From Cercozoa sp. M6MM (lineage: Eukaryota; Protista; Endomyxa: Ascetosporea), in the NCBI GenBank assembly GCA_040357565.1, contig JBDODJ010000020.1: 64,000 nt of DNA; one strand, given 5' to 3'. Shown piece by piece: positions 12,052 to 25,595 of the stretch. The first letter of the stretch is position 1. Each line of letters begins with the position of its first letter. Under the pieces are notes generated by a model. That model worked only from the letters and a program-made list of their open reading frames with translations. It did no database searches and was not told the origin of the DNA. Made by a program: the position numbers and the translations under genes.

Positions 12052-13861
12052 CTAGTCGTCGCCAGGCTGACGACGCTTCTTGGCGGTCTTGAACTTGTGG
12101 AACGTGCGCTCCTCCAGATCCTGTGGGGGGGGGGAGGGGTATGTAGATGTGGAGAGAGAGCAAAAGTGGAATGAGGGGCAGGTACCTGTCGCTGCATGTG
12201 CACTTGGCCGACTTTGCCACGCAGCTCGTCGAACGAGACGTTTTTGACCTTTTTCTGCTTGAGCTGCTTGGGCACACGACGCGCCGCGCGCTGCATCTCC
12301 TCTGTCATACATCAAAATATACAATGTCCAGTTATACATGTATAGGGGTCAATGGTACCGTCGGCACGATGCACGCGTCTCAGCGACAGGTCCATGCGGG
12401 GCTGCCATATATATATATATATATATACATATACAGATATATAAATATACATATATAACAAATAAATAAATAAATGAATATAATAAAGTACATAGATATA
12501 AATATATGAGTACGCCAATCTCCTCGAGTGCCACGGCAGGACCACTGGCGCCGTCCTCCTTCGTGTTGTACACCACGGCGTAGTGCCGCAGCAGCAGCTA
12601 AGTGGAGGGGGGGGGGGTAAAGAGGGGGGTAAAGAGGATGCACTCGATTACCTTCTTGCCCGGCAGTGCAGTGCAGACAACGACTCGCGTGACACCGGCC
12701 ACGTTGATCTTGTCGACCTCAGCACCTGGGTCGAGGGGGGGGGGGTAAAGGGGGTAAAGGGGGTAAAGGTTAAATGCACCTCGCAATAGATCAAGCATCA
12801 GCGAGCGCAGGGCGCGCATGTGCTCGTTGGTCTCAAAGTCACCTGAAGGGGGGACAACAGGGTAAATAGGGGTAAATAGGGAGTAAGAGAGAAGTAAATA
12901 CTAAGGGGGTTAAAGGGAGTGGAGTGAACTACCCTGGAACAGCACGGCCGGCTTGGAACCAACATGCGCCACGGCGTTTCGCGATGCGCCCAGCGATTGC
13001 GCCTGGGGGGGGGTATAAGGTATAAGGTAAGGGAGAAGGGTATAAGGGACAAGGTAAAATGGGAGGAGTAAAGGTAAAGAGAAGGTACAGAGCGGAAAGT
13101 GTCGGGATCGATCAGCAGCTCAAACATGTCGAGCACTTGGAAGTCGAACATGCGACCTACATAGGGGGGGGTAAAGAAGGGGGGTAAAAAGAAGGTTAAA
13201 TTGGGGGTAAACATACCCAAAGTCAACGCGTGCGGACGCTTCTTCGCATGTGCACCGAGGCTACACAGAATACACACTTAATCATCGCCATCGCAGACTT
13301 AAACACAAAAAAGATATACCAAAAGAGCGACGCATCGTGCTTTCGGCACATGCTTTCCAACCTGGCCTGTCCTTCCGACTCAAACGGCCGCACGTCGTTT
13401 CGACGCTGCAGCAGCATCTACACAGGAGGGTTAACAGGGTACAACAGCGTCAAGGGGGATTAACATCAATGTACGGCATCTGGCTTCTTGAGCATGAACA
13501 TGTCCTTCACCGCACTGAGTGATTTGACAGCCACACGTTAGTACAAACTACAGAATCGAACCAGAAAAGCACAAGAGAGAGCACTTTTGCACAATGTCCG
13601 AGGTCTTGTGTCCCTTTAACACGAGCGCGCGTTTCGTGTTCTCTTTCGTCTGCAGCAAAAACCAAAAATCATGATTACAGGCGATCAGGCCCACATTGAG
13701 TTTTACCAAAGGCGCACGCTGTTTGAGCGCACGCTTGGCGCGCCGGTTGGTTGCCTTGCTGCGCTCACACAAAAGTAGGTCAGATCACACAGGGAAATAA
13801 TAAAAAAAACACTGTAACGAGCATAGAGCGAGGAAATAGTGACTTACGACACGCGTTCCAT
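12052..13861 (-). CDS. RPF2: Ribosome production factor 2 (Brix domain)
   Basis: Spliced: RAKRALKQRAPLV-ENTKRALVLKGHKTS, MLKKP, RPFE, KHDASLF, AHAKKRPHALTLGRMFDFQVLDMFEL, GSKPAVLFQG, LEEIGPRMDLSLRR, KKVKNVSFDELRGKVGQVHMQRQDL. Confidence 0.95.
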
Positions 13862-13925
13862 TAAAGTAACCAATCGCTGGTACGGTCGCCACCCAAATTG
13901 CGCGTTGTCAGTCGATTTCGGCGCA

Positions 13926-13949
13926 CGGCTCTCTGGGCTCAGAGAGCCG
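13926..13949. promoter_or_regulatory. Perfect 10-bp inverted repeat at the centre of the RPF2/DDX51 divergent intergenic region
   Basis: CGGCTCTCTG-GGCT-CAGAGAGCCG, centred at ~13937.5; the midpoint of the two ATGs (13861 and 14016) is 13938.5. Regulatory role is inferred. Confidence 0.45.
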
Positions 13950-14015
13950 ATAATTTTCTGCTAATTATTGTTGCTTTCTTGACCAGCGAGTGTGCGTGGG
14001 CTGCGCCTTGTTACA

Positions 14016-14582
14016 ATGGCAGGTGTTTTCGAGGAGCATGCGCGGTTTCCGGGCGAGCGGGTACGCCAGAATAACAAATAATCAACAAGCTGTTGTTTAG
14101 ATGAGTATTGGTGCAGGTGATTCCGAACACGTCGTTGCCGGTAGATGCGCTGGCACTGGACGAGCGACTGCGCGCTGTTCTCAAGAACGACATGGGTATC
14201 CGCGAGTTCTTCCCGACCCAGGTATATCTTGATCGACATATATATATATATATATATATATTTATAATGTAATGGGTAGGCAAGAGTGGTCCCTGCAGTT
14301 CTCGCGGCGCACTGGTCGCAGCGAGACGTCTGTGTCTGCGGTACTCTCTTTTGTGGATCTGTGTGACCGTTTGTGTGTGACCTGTATCATAGCCCCGACT
14401 GGTGCCGGCAAGACACTGGGTATTATAACTATATTTTGATTCAGATATGTATATATATCTGTATATATATATGTATATAATCTATGGACGAATTAATGTA
14501 GGTTACGCACTTCCTGTGTGTCAACTTTTGAGTGACTCGGCGACACGTCGACTGCGGGCCCTCATTCTGGGTAGGGTTATCC

Positions 14583-14621
<39 letters not shown>

Positions 14622-15882
14622 GTCGGTATATATATATATATATATGCGCACACACATTAATATACGTTATAGTGCCGACAAAGGACCTCGTGGCACAGGT
14701 TACTGAAGTCGTCAAACCTCTGGCCAAACCGCTGGGACTGCGGTACCAATGTTACCCCCCCCGCCGGGGGGGGGCACGCCTTCCCCCCCCCCCCCCGAGC
14801 AGTGTAGGCTCAGCGACGGGCTCGCAGAGTTTCCTCGCCGAGCAACAACGCATTGTTGGTGACGTAGCAGCGTGTACTGTTCATTTTACCCTCCCTCTAC
14901 CCTTTCCTTTATCTTCCTTCTCTTTATCCCCTTCCCTTCGCCCTTTTTTATCCCTTACTGGCAGCACAAGGCGGCGCCTCCAAGGTCGACATCTTGGTGG
15001 CCACACCGGGCCGACTTATGGACCATCTGCACTCGACCCCGGGTATCATTCCATCATATATATATACATCATATATATACATATGTATGTATATATGCGT
15101 GTATATGCATGTATACATGTATATGTATGTATATGTAGGTTTCACACTGCAGCACCTGCGCATTCTCGTCGTTGATGAGGTTTGTTACCCCGTGGCTCTT
15201 TACCCTCCCGCCTTTACCTCTATGTGTATCTGGACAGGCCGATAGACTGCTGCAGCAGAGATTTCAGGATTTCACGTTTGAGCTGCGACGGCATTTGCAG
15301 ACGCAGCGACGTCCCTCTTTTGAGGTGTGTATATATTAATGTACGCATGTTTTATGTCTGTATCCATGTATATCTGTATTCACGTATGTAGTAAATGTTG
15401 GTACTGTTGTTGGTAGGGCGATACGTTGGACGCCGTGCGAAACTACCGACTCGGTGCTTCAGCACGCAAGGTAACTGTATTTACACCTTTGCACTTCCTC
15501 CCTAACCCCTTTAACCCCCTCTTTAACAGACAGAAAATGCGCCGTTTCACACGCTTTTGTTTTCGGCTACACTGACACGTGCGCTTCCTTAAGGTCACCA
15601 TAGTGGGAGTATAGAGGGGAGGAAGCGTGTGTTTGTGCTGCACAGGCGACCCGGCGATGTTGTCGCAGCTGCGACTGACGAATCCGCTGTTTTTCTCGTT
15701 CGGCGGAGGCGCCGACTTTGCGCTGCCTCCTGGACTGAAGGTAGTGAGTGTTGTGTTTTTTCCTCCTACTGTTTGTTTCGAGTCTCCCTTCCTTTTTTGT
15801 AGGCGGTGGAGGTCAGAGTATCTGCCGCTCAGAAGGCGCTCTACCTGGTCAGCTTTCTGCGCGTCATGTCGACCTCCAAGGT

Positions 15883-15947
<65 letters not shown>

Positions 15948-16752
15948 GTATATATATTATATATATACAGTATATTAGTATTATATCTTTTGATGCATAG
16001 GTTCTGGTATTTTGCTCCAACAACGAGAACGCGCACCGTTTGTCGCTGCTTCTGTCGGCCTTCTCGGCTGGTAGATCTGTTCTGTTGGGGAAGGGGTAAA
16101 AGGTAGGCTGACTCACCAGCAAAGTAGAGGGAGTGGCACTGCCGCCAGTGATGGAGTTCTCGGGCCAGGTCACTGCGGCACAGCGACGCGCCGCTCTCGA
16201 TCGATTCGCCAGCGATGGCGGCGTCCTTGTGGTGCCTTACCCCCTCCCTCCCATTACTCCTGTTTACCCCCCCCCCCAGGCCAGTGACGCTGCCGGTCGC
16301 GGTCTCGATGTTCCTTCGCTCGACGTCGTCGTCAACTACGACGCACCGCGGACTCCGTAGAACTTTCTTTTTTGTGGCTATAGGTTAGATCTGTACTTTG
16401 TGTCTGTCCGTTTGTACAGCGAGATCTTTGTGCATCGTGCTGGTCGTACTGCCCGTGCAGGCAACAAGGGCACTGTCTACACCTTTGGCGATGTACACCT
16501 TCTCTCTTTGAGTAGCCAAGCTTGCTCTTGATTTAGTACTGTTTGTGTGTGTGTGTGTGGCAGGCGCGACAACTCGCGAAAGTGTCGCGCTTTTCCGAAC
16601 AAATCGCGAACTTCAAAATTCGATCGTACTTTGTTTTTTGTTTTTGTTAGTTTTAAAAGTCTGTATTCTGACTATTTTTTTCACAGTGACAAGCAATTGT
16701 CGAAACAGCTCGCCGAATTGTCACAGGTACCCTTGATCACTCTGTCTCTCGA

Positions 16753-16790
<38 letters not shown>

Positions 16791-16941
16791 GTATATATCC
16801 TGTTGACAAACGGGTGTCTTGCAGGAATCGCAAGACGCACTCGGCCGCGCTCTGGAGCGAGCGAGCCGTGACGTTGCGGCTCCACCGCCAACGAAAAAGC
16901 GGAAAACTGCGACTGGCAATGACTCCAACAACTCAAACTGA
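14016..16941 (+). CDS. DDX51: DEAD-box RNA helicase DDX51/Dbp6
   Basis: About 21 exons give FFPTQ (Q motif), APTGAGKT, VPTKDL, DILVATPGRLMDHL, FTLQHLRILVVDEADRLL, LFSATLT-DP, ASDAAGRGLD, VVNYDAP and FVHRAGRTARAG. RDVCVCAPTG, PTKDL and DEADRLL-Q-FQ are typical of Dbp6. Confidence 0.92.
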
Positions 16942-17333
16942 TCACGCACTGCTATGCGCACGGCAGTATTCGTTTGATTGCAAAGACTTGGAACTCCAGT
17001 CGTCCGGGACACTGCGCACGCAAAGAAGCTGCCGTTTGTTGAGGAACTTTAAAGGCGAAGGGCAGAGAAACTACATGGCAGTTAGTTTCTTGGTCGGGTC
17101 AGGTCGGGTACTGTAGACTGCCTGAACTCCAGTACTAATTAACGTATTTGTAGCTTCCGTTCTTTCCTTTCTCTAGAACTCCTACGATTATAGGACTACT
17201 ACTATTATGTTCATGCCCGGTATTTTCCTACTCAGGAAGTCCTTAAGCGACAGACGTGCTCGGACGGTGAGACATGCTCGCTTGTCAGGGACTGGGGAGG
17301 GAAGAAGGGCAAGGCAGGCAGGGAAGACAACTC

Positions 17334-20300
17334 TTAGGCAGCATGTTCGCAGGCACCGTTGGACAGACAGCGTCCGGTGGGACCGCAGTGACTTTGCATA
17401 CTGCAACACATGCATCAATTATTACTGTAGAGTCGAACTGATTAGAGTCTACAGTGTGTGTACCTGCAGACACAGTGACCCGTGATGCCACAGCCGTCGT
17501 AGGACTGTACAATCACAGTCGAGTATTGTTATACTATCTATTGGAGTAGGTTTCACTAACTTATATATATCTATGTATATTATAAAACTGATAAACAAAC
17601 AAATAACTGTATTTTTGCATACATACGAATATACTATACATCATTCTAGGTCGGACAGTGCAGTAGACATGTACACACAGTACATAGTATGTGTACGTAT
17701 GGACAGGTACTACTAGTAAGTGTACCAAATCGAGAGTGTCGTCACGATGGGTCACGACAAAGTTGCGCACGAATTCGATGTTGAACAGTCCGCGCGGATC
17801 GCGAATCTGCCGCTCCCTGACCCAACGGAAACAAGGTTCATCCCCTCTCTAGACAGTACACATTACAGTGGTTGTTACGACTCGAATTGACTCGACTGAG
17901 GCGGTTGAAACTGCGACTTACCCGCCTGGGGGGGGGGGGGNNNNNNNNNNNNNNNNNNNNNNNNNNNNNNNNNNNNNNNNNNNNNNNNNNNNNNNNNNNN
18001 NNNNNNNNNNNNNNNNNNNNNNNNNNNNNNNNNNNNNNNNCCCTCCTCTTTATCCCTTACCACCCCCTTTACCCACCCTGAACCCCTTTACCCCCCCCCC
18101 CCCCTACCAAGGTGTCCTGCATGGCCTGTTCACGGGAGGCCAGTGTGTGCGACGGAATGTGAGTGGCGATCTCCAGCACCGCTCTCTATACGGTCAGAGT
18201 TTTACGGGCCTGTTTACCCCCCCGGTATACTACCCCCTACCTTGCCTCTGGTCGGTCCGAGCAGCGCCTTGCCAGGTGAGTTCATCAGTCGCACGTGCAG
18301 TGACACTCCATAAGAGGCCAGACTACAATGGTCCATTCGTACGGTACGTACAGTTGGACTGTACAGTTGTACAGTACAGTTGTACAGTACAGTGAGTGGT
18401 ACCAGGCACCGTCGAAACGGGAGAAACGCTGCCGCTCAAAGTCGACGAGAATGTCGCCGAGTCGATCCAGCGGCACCGACACGTCCAAATTCGTGTAGCG
18501 ACGCGACGCCGATGCCGTGCCGTTCTGTCCGCGCGGACGTAATCCTCCCCCTTGACCCCTTGGCCCCCTTAACTCAGACCTCAAGTGTAGAAAGGTACCA
18601 GGACAGTGTACTGGTAGCCACACGAGTTGAGATCGTCGCACAGCGAGGACATGCTGATGCGGTCGTAGTAACCCAAGGCAGGGAAACTCCCGGCACCGAA
18701 CAAGTAGGGCGACGTCAGCACCTGCGCCATGTAGGACGTCGTTGCTGCGGGGCAGGGGTAAGGGGGTAAACAGGGGGGTAAATAGGGGGGTAAACAGGGG
18801 GTAAAACCGCAAGACTGCGCCACGAAGGCCGCCGTGTCGTTTTGCGCGGCTACAATGGCATCGAACTGCTGCACCTCTGCCTGTCCAGTTGTACAGTCCA
18901 CTAGTACAGTCCACTAGTGCAGTCCACTAGTACAGTCCACTAGTACAGTCCACTAGTACAGTCCAGTTGTACAGTCCACTAGTACAGTACAGTTGTACAG
19001 TACAGTTGTACCTCTCGATCGGCGACACTCTGCGGTGCAAAGAAGTAGTTCACTGCCGTGAGATCGCTCAGCGTCTTGTTGCGACTGGCCACTGCAGTGC
19101 CGAGTTATACCCCCCTAGTTCCCTTTACCCCCCTATTTACCCCCTACCCTACCCTAAGCCCTACCAGCAGCGGCAGCCTCGCCAATCTTGTCGATGCAAA
19201 AAAGCACGAATTTGTGTTGTTCCGGGAACCAGTTGAACTGTCCGTTGGTACAGTCGGACTCGATCTAGTACACAGTTGTACAGACTCTGTCGTACTATGT
19301 GTACTACTGTATCGGATCAAGATCATTGTACCTGTTGAATCATACTGTCCAGCACTGTTGTCATTGTGTCGTTCGTGTACTCCAGTGTGTACCTGAGGGG
19401 GGAGGGGTTAGGGGGTAAACTAGGGGGCAAAACAGTTACGTTTGCGCAGTGGCGGCCTGTCGCCGTTCGATGCGCAGCGTCACCGATGTCAGCACGCCGA
19501 GTGCGCCAAAGTTAACGGCGTGCTTTGAGGCACTCTGCTTCTGGTAGGTCTGCAACTGTCCTCACACACACTGTATCGTTACAAGCTGTACTAGGACTCA
19601 GTTTGGGTACATTTCCAATGCCATCGACGACGTTGAAAGCAGTCACCAGATCAGCTACTGTCGCTGCCTCTTTCAGCACCTATTGATGCAGATAATACCG
19701 AATATTTATGGTACATTTGTATAGATATGGTAAGTGTATTATAAGTGTACACTGCCATGAGCGCCGGTAACAACTGCCCCACACCTGCACTCAGGTCATG
19801 TCAGTGTCCAGTAAAGTAGGTAGTAGATAGAGCAAGTGCTACGTCGACATGGCACTGAACATTGGACCGAACGGCAGCGAATAATTCGCCTGTCGCAGAA
19901 CTGCCAAAACCTGCGCAACACAAGCGTTTTTCCAGTACAACTGTACAAACGGACAGTTTTGCGTCACTGCCGTGTACTGTACTGTACCTGCGAAAGTGTA
20001 GTGCCGCAGCCTGCTGTCACCTCCATCGTTTCTGTGTTGATCTCGATCTGGCTCAAGTCTCCTGGGGGCAAGTTTTTATTTTACGTATGCTAACAGAACC
20101 CCCTAGAGTACTAAAGCAGGCCACAATACCGGCGGGAGCATCATTGGGCAGTCGAATCAGCCACTTCTCGTGCGTGTCCAGGCGACCCGGCAGTTGACTG
20201 TGAGTTCAGTTTTTAATAAAAAACAGCTGGACAAGCTCAAACTTTACGTACCGGTCTAAGGCATCCGGCTGCTCCGATGGGCACCACGAAAACGTCGGCG

Positions 20301-20797
20301 CCATGCCTTCATTTCCATTTAAAATCAGAAGCTACACCTTGTAAGATTGAGTTTCAACGCTGAGTTACCACGAGCCATCGCCGAGATTAAAGGCGCTCTT
20401 TCCTGTCGAGGTTGTTCATCCACTTCAGTTCGGGAAGCAGTTCTGGCAGCCACATAGAGACTAAATTACCATAGCGTAAGCTTCTTGGATGATAGCGATC
20501 ACATCTGAAACGTTGCTCGGCTTGTAGACTCGGTCAACTGCACCAAGGTGAAACGATCATAAATTAAAATTAAGTTAATAAACCCTGCAAAAGAAGAATG
20601 AATAATTCCTCAAGATAAATTTTACCCCGGCAAGAACTCCACTGACGCACGTAAGGGTGCACGACGGTATCGGTCATGTAAGCTACCGAGGCGACGACCA
20701 AAGCCTGTCCGACAAACCCCACCCGTTGAAGCTGTCCTCTTTGGGAGGCTGTTCCACCAAAACGCGTATGTACCAAGAAGACGAGTGCCGGTTGCAT
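17334..20797 (-). CDS. Secreted FAD-linked oxidase, L-gulonolactone oxidase/ALO family, plant GulLO-like
   Basis: Signal peptide MQPALVFLALVVAS; PCMH FAD motifs YKPSNVSDV, GSWH, IEINTETMEVTAGCGTTLSQV, GAVVTGAHGS, FGALGVLTSVTL; ALO C-terminus DPRGLF; Cys-rich tail DGCGITGHCVC-SHCGPTGRC. Spans the gap at 17941-18040. Confidence 0.85.
18891..19010. repeat. Intronic minisatellite (GTACAGTCCACTA)n
   Basis: About 6-7 tandem 13-bp units, degenerating into GTACAGTT, inside an intron of the oxidase gene. Confidence 0.9.
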
Positions 20798-21263
20798 GTT
20801 TCGACTGAAAAGGACCCTCGACTGTGAGTTCCTGTTGGGTCCCAGAAACAGAACAAAAAAAAAAACAATGCTTTGGTCCAACCTGGGACTGGCACACGCA
20901 AGTCACTAGGTCGCGTGCATCCTTACCTAGACTTAAGTGCGACTGCTGCGAATAGTGACCAAACTGAAGAAAGTCAAAACACGTGCGAAAAAGATCCACA
21001 GCCGCGAAAAAGAGCGAGCACGGTTTTGGGTCGCCCAGTGGTCAGTGAACGATCATTCAGTGTTGGTGACCGATCACAGGCCACTGTACAGTCGACCCAG
21101 TGGTCTCAGTGATTACTCGCGATCATCCAGTCGACTCACCCCGGACAGAACTGGGCGACAGCGTTCTGCACTTTCCGATACTAAGTTTACCCTCAAAGAT
21201 GTGCTCGTGCACTAAGTTACAACAGAAACTTAACAGCGGTGCAGACATCCTGTTCAGTTCAAT

Positions 21264-23707
21264 TCAACGCGGCATCGGCGAAGACGCGACTTCAGGCCAG
21301 CCCTCCGGCATCCAGATGCAACGCTCACTCGCCTCACTAGACTCAAACGTACAATGCCACCTGTATCATGAGTGCAGTACATATACCTGGCAACCGGGAA
21401 GTAGTGCTGCTGCATCATGCCGCTCACGGCGTCGCTGTCTTCGGCTGCTTTGTTCAGTTGGTAAATTTATATTCCTCGTTCTGGAATAAAGTGAAAAGAA
21501 ACTAAAGAAAGTTCTTACGATCGGTCTCTGTGTATTCGCTGTACTCGACAGTGTAGTGCAGGCGAACCTGTGTATGTTCAGTTCAGTCAAGACACACACT
21601 AAAAAGAGAAAAGCTAGGGTGAAACTGACACTCGGGAAACTCGGCAAATTCAGTGTGTACTGAGCGAGCCACGGCAAGCCCTGCATCGTCGTACTGTTCA
21701 TTAGTCAAGTAATGCATCAACACTGGAACACAGTCAAGCTGCAGCCTGCAGTTGAACTGAGTACAGATGGACGGAGCCAGAGAAGCGGTGGTCGAACGGC
21801 TCGTCGCTTTGCAGCAGCATCATCGAACTGATTCTACAAGTGTGTGGTTGCAGGTTTATCGTGGACTGCATTATCGCCGACCAAATGCTTCACTTACAAC
21901 GGATCATCGGCGTGCAGCTCACCGACACTGGCCTGGCGCCAGTCGGAAGCTGTGAAGGACCACTCGAACTCGGAGCACGTGTCGTCGTCGCCACATGGAG
22001 TATCACCTGGGAGTACAGTGTGTATTTACTGTGTTTCAATCGCAGGTCTGAGATTGGAGGCACCGACGTGATCAGCACGACGAGCAGCTTCACTGCAGAA
22101 GTTAAACTAAACAGAAGCACACATAAATACAGCTGCCTCAGTGGTAAAATTTCAGAATCAACCGGCAAGTCGCAAGGGTAACGCGGCAGACCTCGTTTGA
22201 GGTGGTAAGCCTGCATTAATACAGTAAACACACACACATTATTACTGCATTAATACAGAATAATAAATGTCTGTGTAAGTGCTACAGTACCGCAGGAGAA
22301 TGTTGTGCGAGTCCTTCAGTAAAAAACACACACATCGGGGCCACATTTATCCAGTTTTACTGTATCTCTCGACGGTTTAAATACTGCACTGTCGTCCATG
22401 AGCGTAGTCGGTTGTGAGAGCAACCACTCCAACACCACGCGACAGACACGTGTCCTTCAAAACACAGCCAGGTGCAACATGTACAGCACTGAGAACAAAG
22501 CTAATAAATACAGCAGACTGATAGGCGCAGATGTCGTTGACCTGCCCACAAAAAGTTCTGTTACACTAGAATTCCGCAAAGAGTGGAGTAAAACCATGTA
22601 GGTGCGGCGTGTCTGGTTTCGACTGTTCGGCGTGTCCCAATGGAGATCGGCGACGTACCTAAATGGAGGCAACTTCATTGCTTTAAACTGCAACAAGAAC
22701 TAAAAACAGATAGAACTGTACCACTGGTCACGAGTGCCCGCAACACGATCTTGATCGGAAGCGCGCATGGCAGTGTCCCAGTCGTAGCTGAGCGCATGTT
22801 TTGCTGGATTTAACTCAGCCATGAACTGCATGGAACGTAAGAGAATTTACGAATGCACGGCATTGAAGGTTACGTTGTTAAAACCGCGCATCACTGTGTC
22901 ACACAACGACATGTCGCCGTCGGCAGCTGCAGGTACAGGGGGCAAATTCAATTCATTCTCGCTCCTGAAAACTGAAAGTAAGCAAACTGACCGTCTTCAT
23001 CACACGTCTGAACAAACGTAAAATCTGGAAAATGCAGTATAGAGGTTTTTTGTTAGTTTGGTTGTACAATGTGCGTGTGCTCCTTGTACGACGCCACACT
23101 CGAGTACTCGGGCATCGATTGCGCCTGCCGATGGCCGTATTTTCAACAACAGTTTTTGTGCATATGACAAGGTGAACTTTCATTGAAGGTCCAAGGTACC
23201 GCAACTTGCACCGCTACAGCCAGGAGCAACCACATAGTAGCAAGAAACAGCTCTTAAAGTCAGTTGAGCAGACAAAAAGAATAGTGAAACGGAAAGTGAC
23301 GTGGCTGGCATGCCAGGATTGTTTGCTTGACCCTGCTGTCAGGATGGTTGGTAGTCGAATACAGACAATACTGTCTATAGTTAGAGACGTCAGCGCGCAC
23401 GGATCAGCAGATAGATATCCTTCGTGTTCATTGTTCCAAGGCATTAGTGTAGGTGACGAAGTTAGGTGTGCTTCCGATGCGACTTCTGGCTGCGCTGTTC
23501 GTTCTGTGTCTTGCGATTTCGGTTCGTTCCAGCCGCAGAAATCCTCACCTTAGTAAAACTGTCAGCTAACAGAGTTACTCTATGTTTTTGAGAGTGTAGA
23601 CCAAGGCCGAAGCAGTCAAAAAGGCCGAGAAGAGACCGTCGCTGTGGCGTCGTTTGCGCAATACTGTCACTGGCAGCAAGCGAGATGATGACAGTACTCA
23701 GCAGCAT
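21264..23707 (-). CDS. Secreted hypothetical protein, many short exons
   Basis: Signal-like MLLSTVIISLAASDS; GT-AG exons YVADLHWDTPNSRNQT, GDTPCGDDDTCSEFEWSF, GLPWLAQYTLNLP, VRLHYTVEY. No family recognised. Confidence 0.55.
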
Positions 23708-23775
23708 GTGCACGAGGTATACACCACCGCAACTTTATTGAGCTCTTTTCATACGAGAAGTCGTCGTTTGTTTAG

Positions 23776-25595
23776 ATGCGACTGGAGTACCCAGTTGCAG
23801 CAATTCCACTGTCTGTTCCAGGCAACATCTACACTGGAACCGAACTGGGCAAGGTGGCTTTCGACATTCAAACCGTCTTGTCGAGTGTGTTCACCGAATT
23901 GGGTACAGTACAACAGAAAACTAGAGAAACTAGTTGTCTGTGTATCGTATTGTATATTTCTGTCTCATGACTTAGATCCGACTGAAATTAATACACTCAA
24001 TCGCAACTGCGCCATGATCGGGTACAGTGCCGGTTTCGGATGCTATCGTTGCTAACTGGCAGTTTGGTCCGTCATATTGTTAACTGACAGGACTGGAGGC
24101 TTCGGTCAGGTAGTGCTGCCACTCGACGCACTGCCCGAGTGGCTATTGCTTCGACTGGTCAGTTTTGCTTTTGACCAAACTGAGTACAAAAACAAGTCTT
24201 GTAGAGCGTGCTGGAGACGCCAAATGTCGCACAAGAACAGCAGTAAGCTGTTTAACCTTCAAGCAAGTTAGTTTCTTACTCAGTTCTTGTTGTTGGCACC
24301 AGAGTGGTCGTCAAAATTATCACAAGCCAACGCAGTTTTGATCAAGAGTTGAGAGCATTGCAGTACATCATGCACCTTGGCAGTGGTAGATTACAGATGA
24401 AAACCCAACTGAACTGCAAAAAGCTGTATTTGAGACTTGAGAAGGCGACCCAGCAACGAACAATCTGCTGCCAGTGCTTGGAATGACACGTGGAAACGAG
24501 CCCGGATACCCGAGTGCCCTCGTGTATCCCTACCTTTCGGGAGGTTCGTGTACGTTGGTGTCTCTATCGTTCAAACAAAGCGGTCGTAGGGTGGAAGTTT
24601 CTTGCAGTGCACGATGCTTTGGCTTCTAATGCCAAGTTCTTCATTTCGCACGTCGGCCAACTCACCTTGCAGGTCAGTCAAAGCTGTGATTTGCGTCGAT
24701 CTGAATTGAATGACTAATTGCTACTGTGAAGGGCATTCGATTAATGCGTGAAATCACCCATGGGGTTATTGCACTGCACGCCAAGGGTCTCGTGCATCGC
24801 GACATCAAGGAAGCCAACGTGGTGCTGTCGCGAGATTTCTCAGACGCGCGACTGATCGACTACGGAGTGACTGTGCCGCAGGGCTCGTCCAACACTGTGG
24901 CCGGCGCATTCTCCTACTGGCCGCCCGAGTTGTTCCCCCGCTGGGAAGACGGGCAGCCGCACGCGTAAAATGAACTTTCTTTGACTGAGTCAGACAGTAT
25001 TCAGTTGTTTTTCCTGGAACTGGTTTAAAACTGAGTTTGTGTAGTGCACAAGTGACACAAGACGTGTATGCACTCGGAGTGGTCATGTACAACATTCTCG
25101 TTGGCGTTCCTGCTTCCTTCGGTTCGCCCGGGGCGTACGGTACGAAAATTGTATCCAGTATATACTAACTGAAACTAAACTGAAAGCAAGATTTGCGACC
25201 GGAATCCGATCGATTTTCAGACCAACTGAGCGTGTGGAAGACGGAAGGACGCCTCGAAGCGTTGGCGCCAGTCCTGCATCAGTTTGACACTGAAACACAG
25301 CGGGTGTTGACTCACATGTTGACACGTCAAGTGCACATCCGCGCGGAGCAGGCCGCAAATCACGTAGCTTTCTCCAAATTGCTTTTCGACTTTACTCACT
25401 CTGCTTTTGGGTAGTTCGAGATGGCTCGTGCATGGCTTGACAAATGCGAACAGCAACTGGTGCCCTTGTGTTCAGTTTCATTTGATTTGCGTACTGTGCT
25501 GTAAATTTATTACACATTGTGTTATTTTTGTGATGTTGAGGCAGCTGCAGCCACAGCAGGCGGAGGTCAGTTACTCTGTCTCGCAGGTACACTGA
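23776..25595 (+). CDS. Ser/Thr protein kinase
   Basis: GTGGFGQV, VVVK, ELRAL, LVHRDIKEANVVL, LIDYG, AGAFSYWPPE and DVYALGVVMYNILVG across spliced exons. Confidence 0.9.

Noticed and set aside
18891-19010. CRISPR-like regular repeats
   Set aside because: Contiguous 13-bp tandem units without unique spacers, inside a spliceosomal intron; no cas genes.
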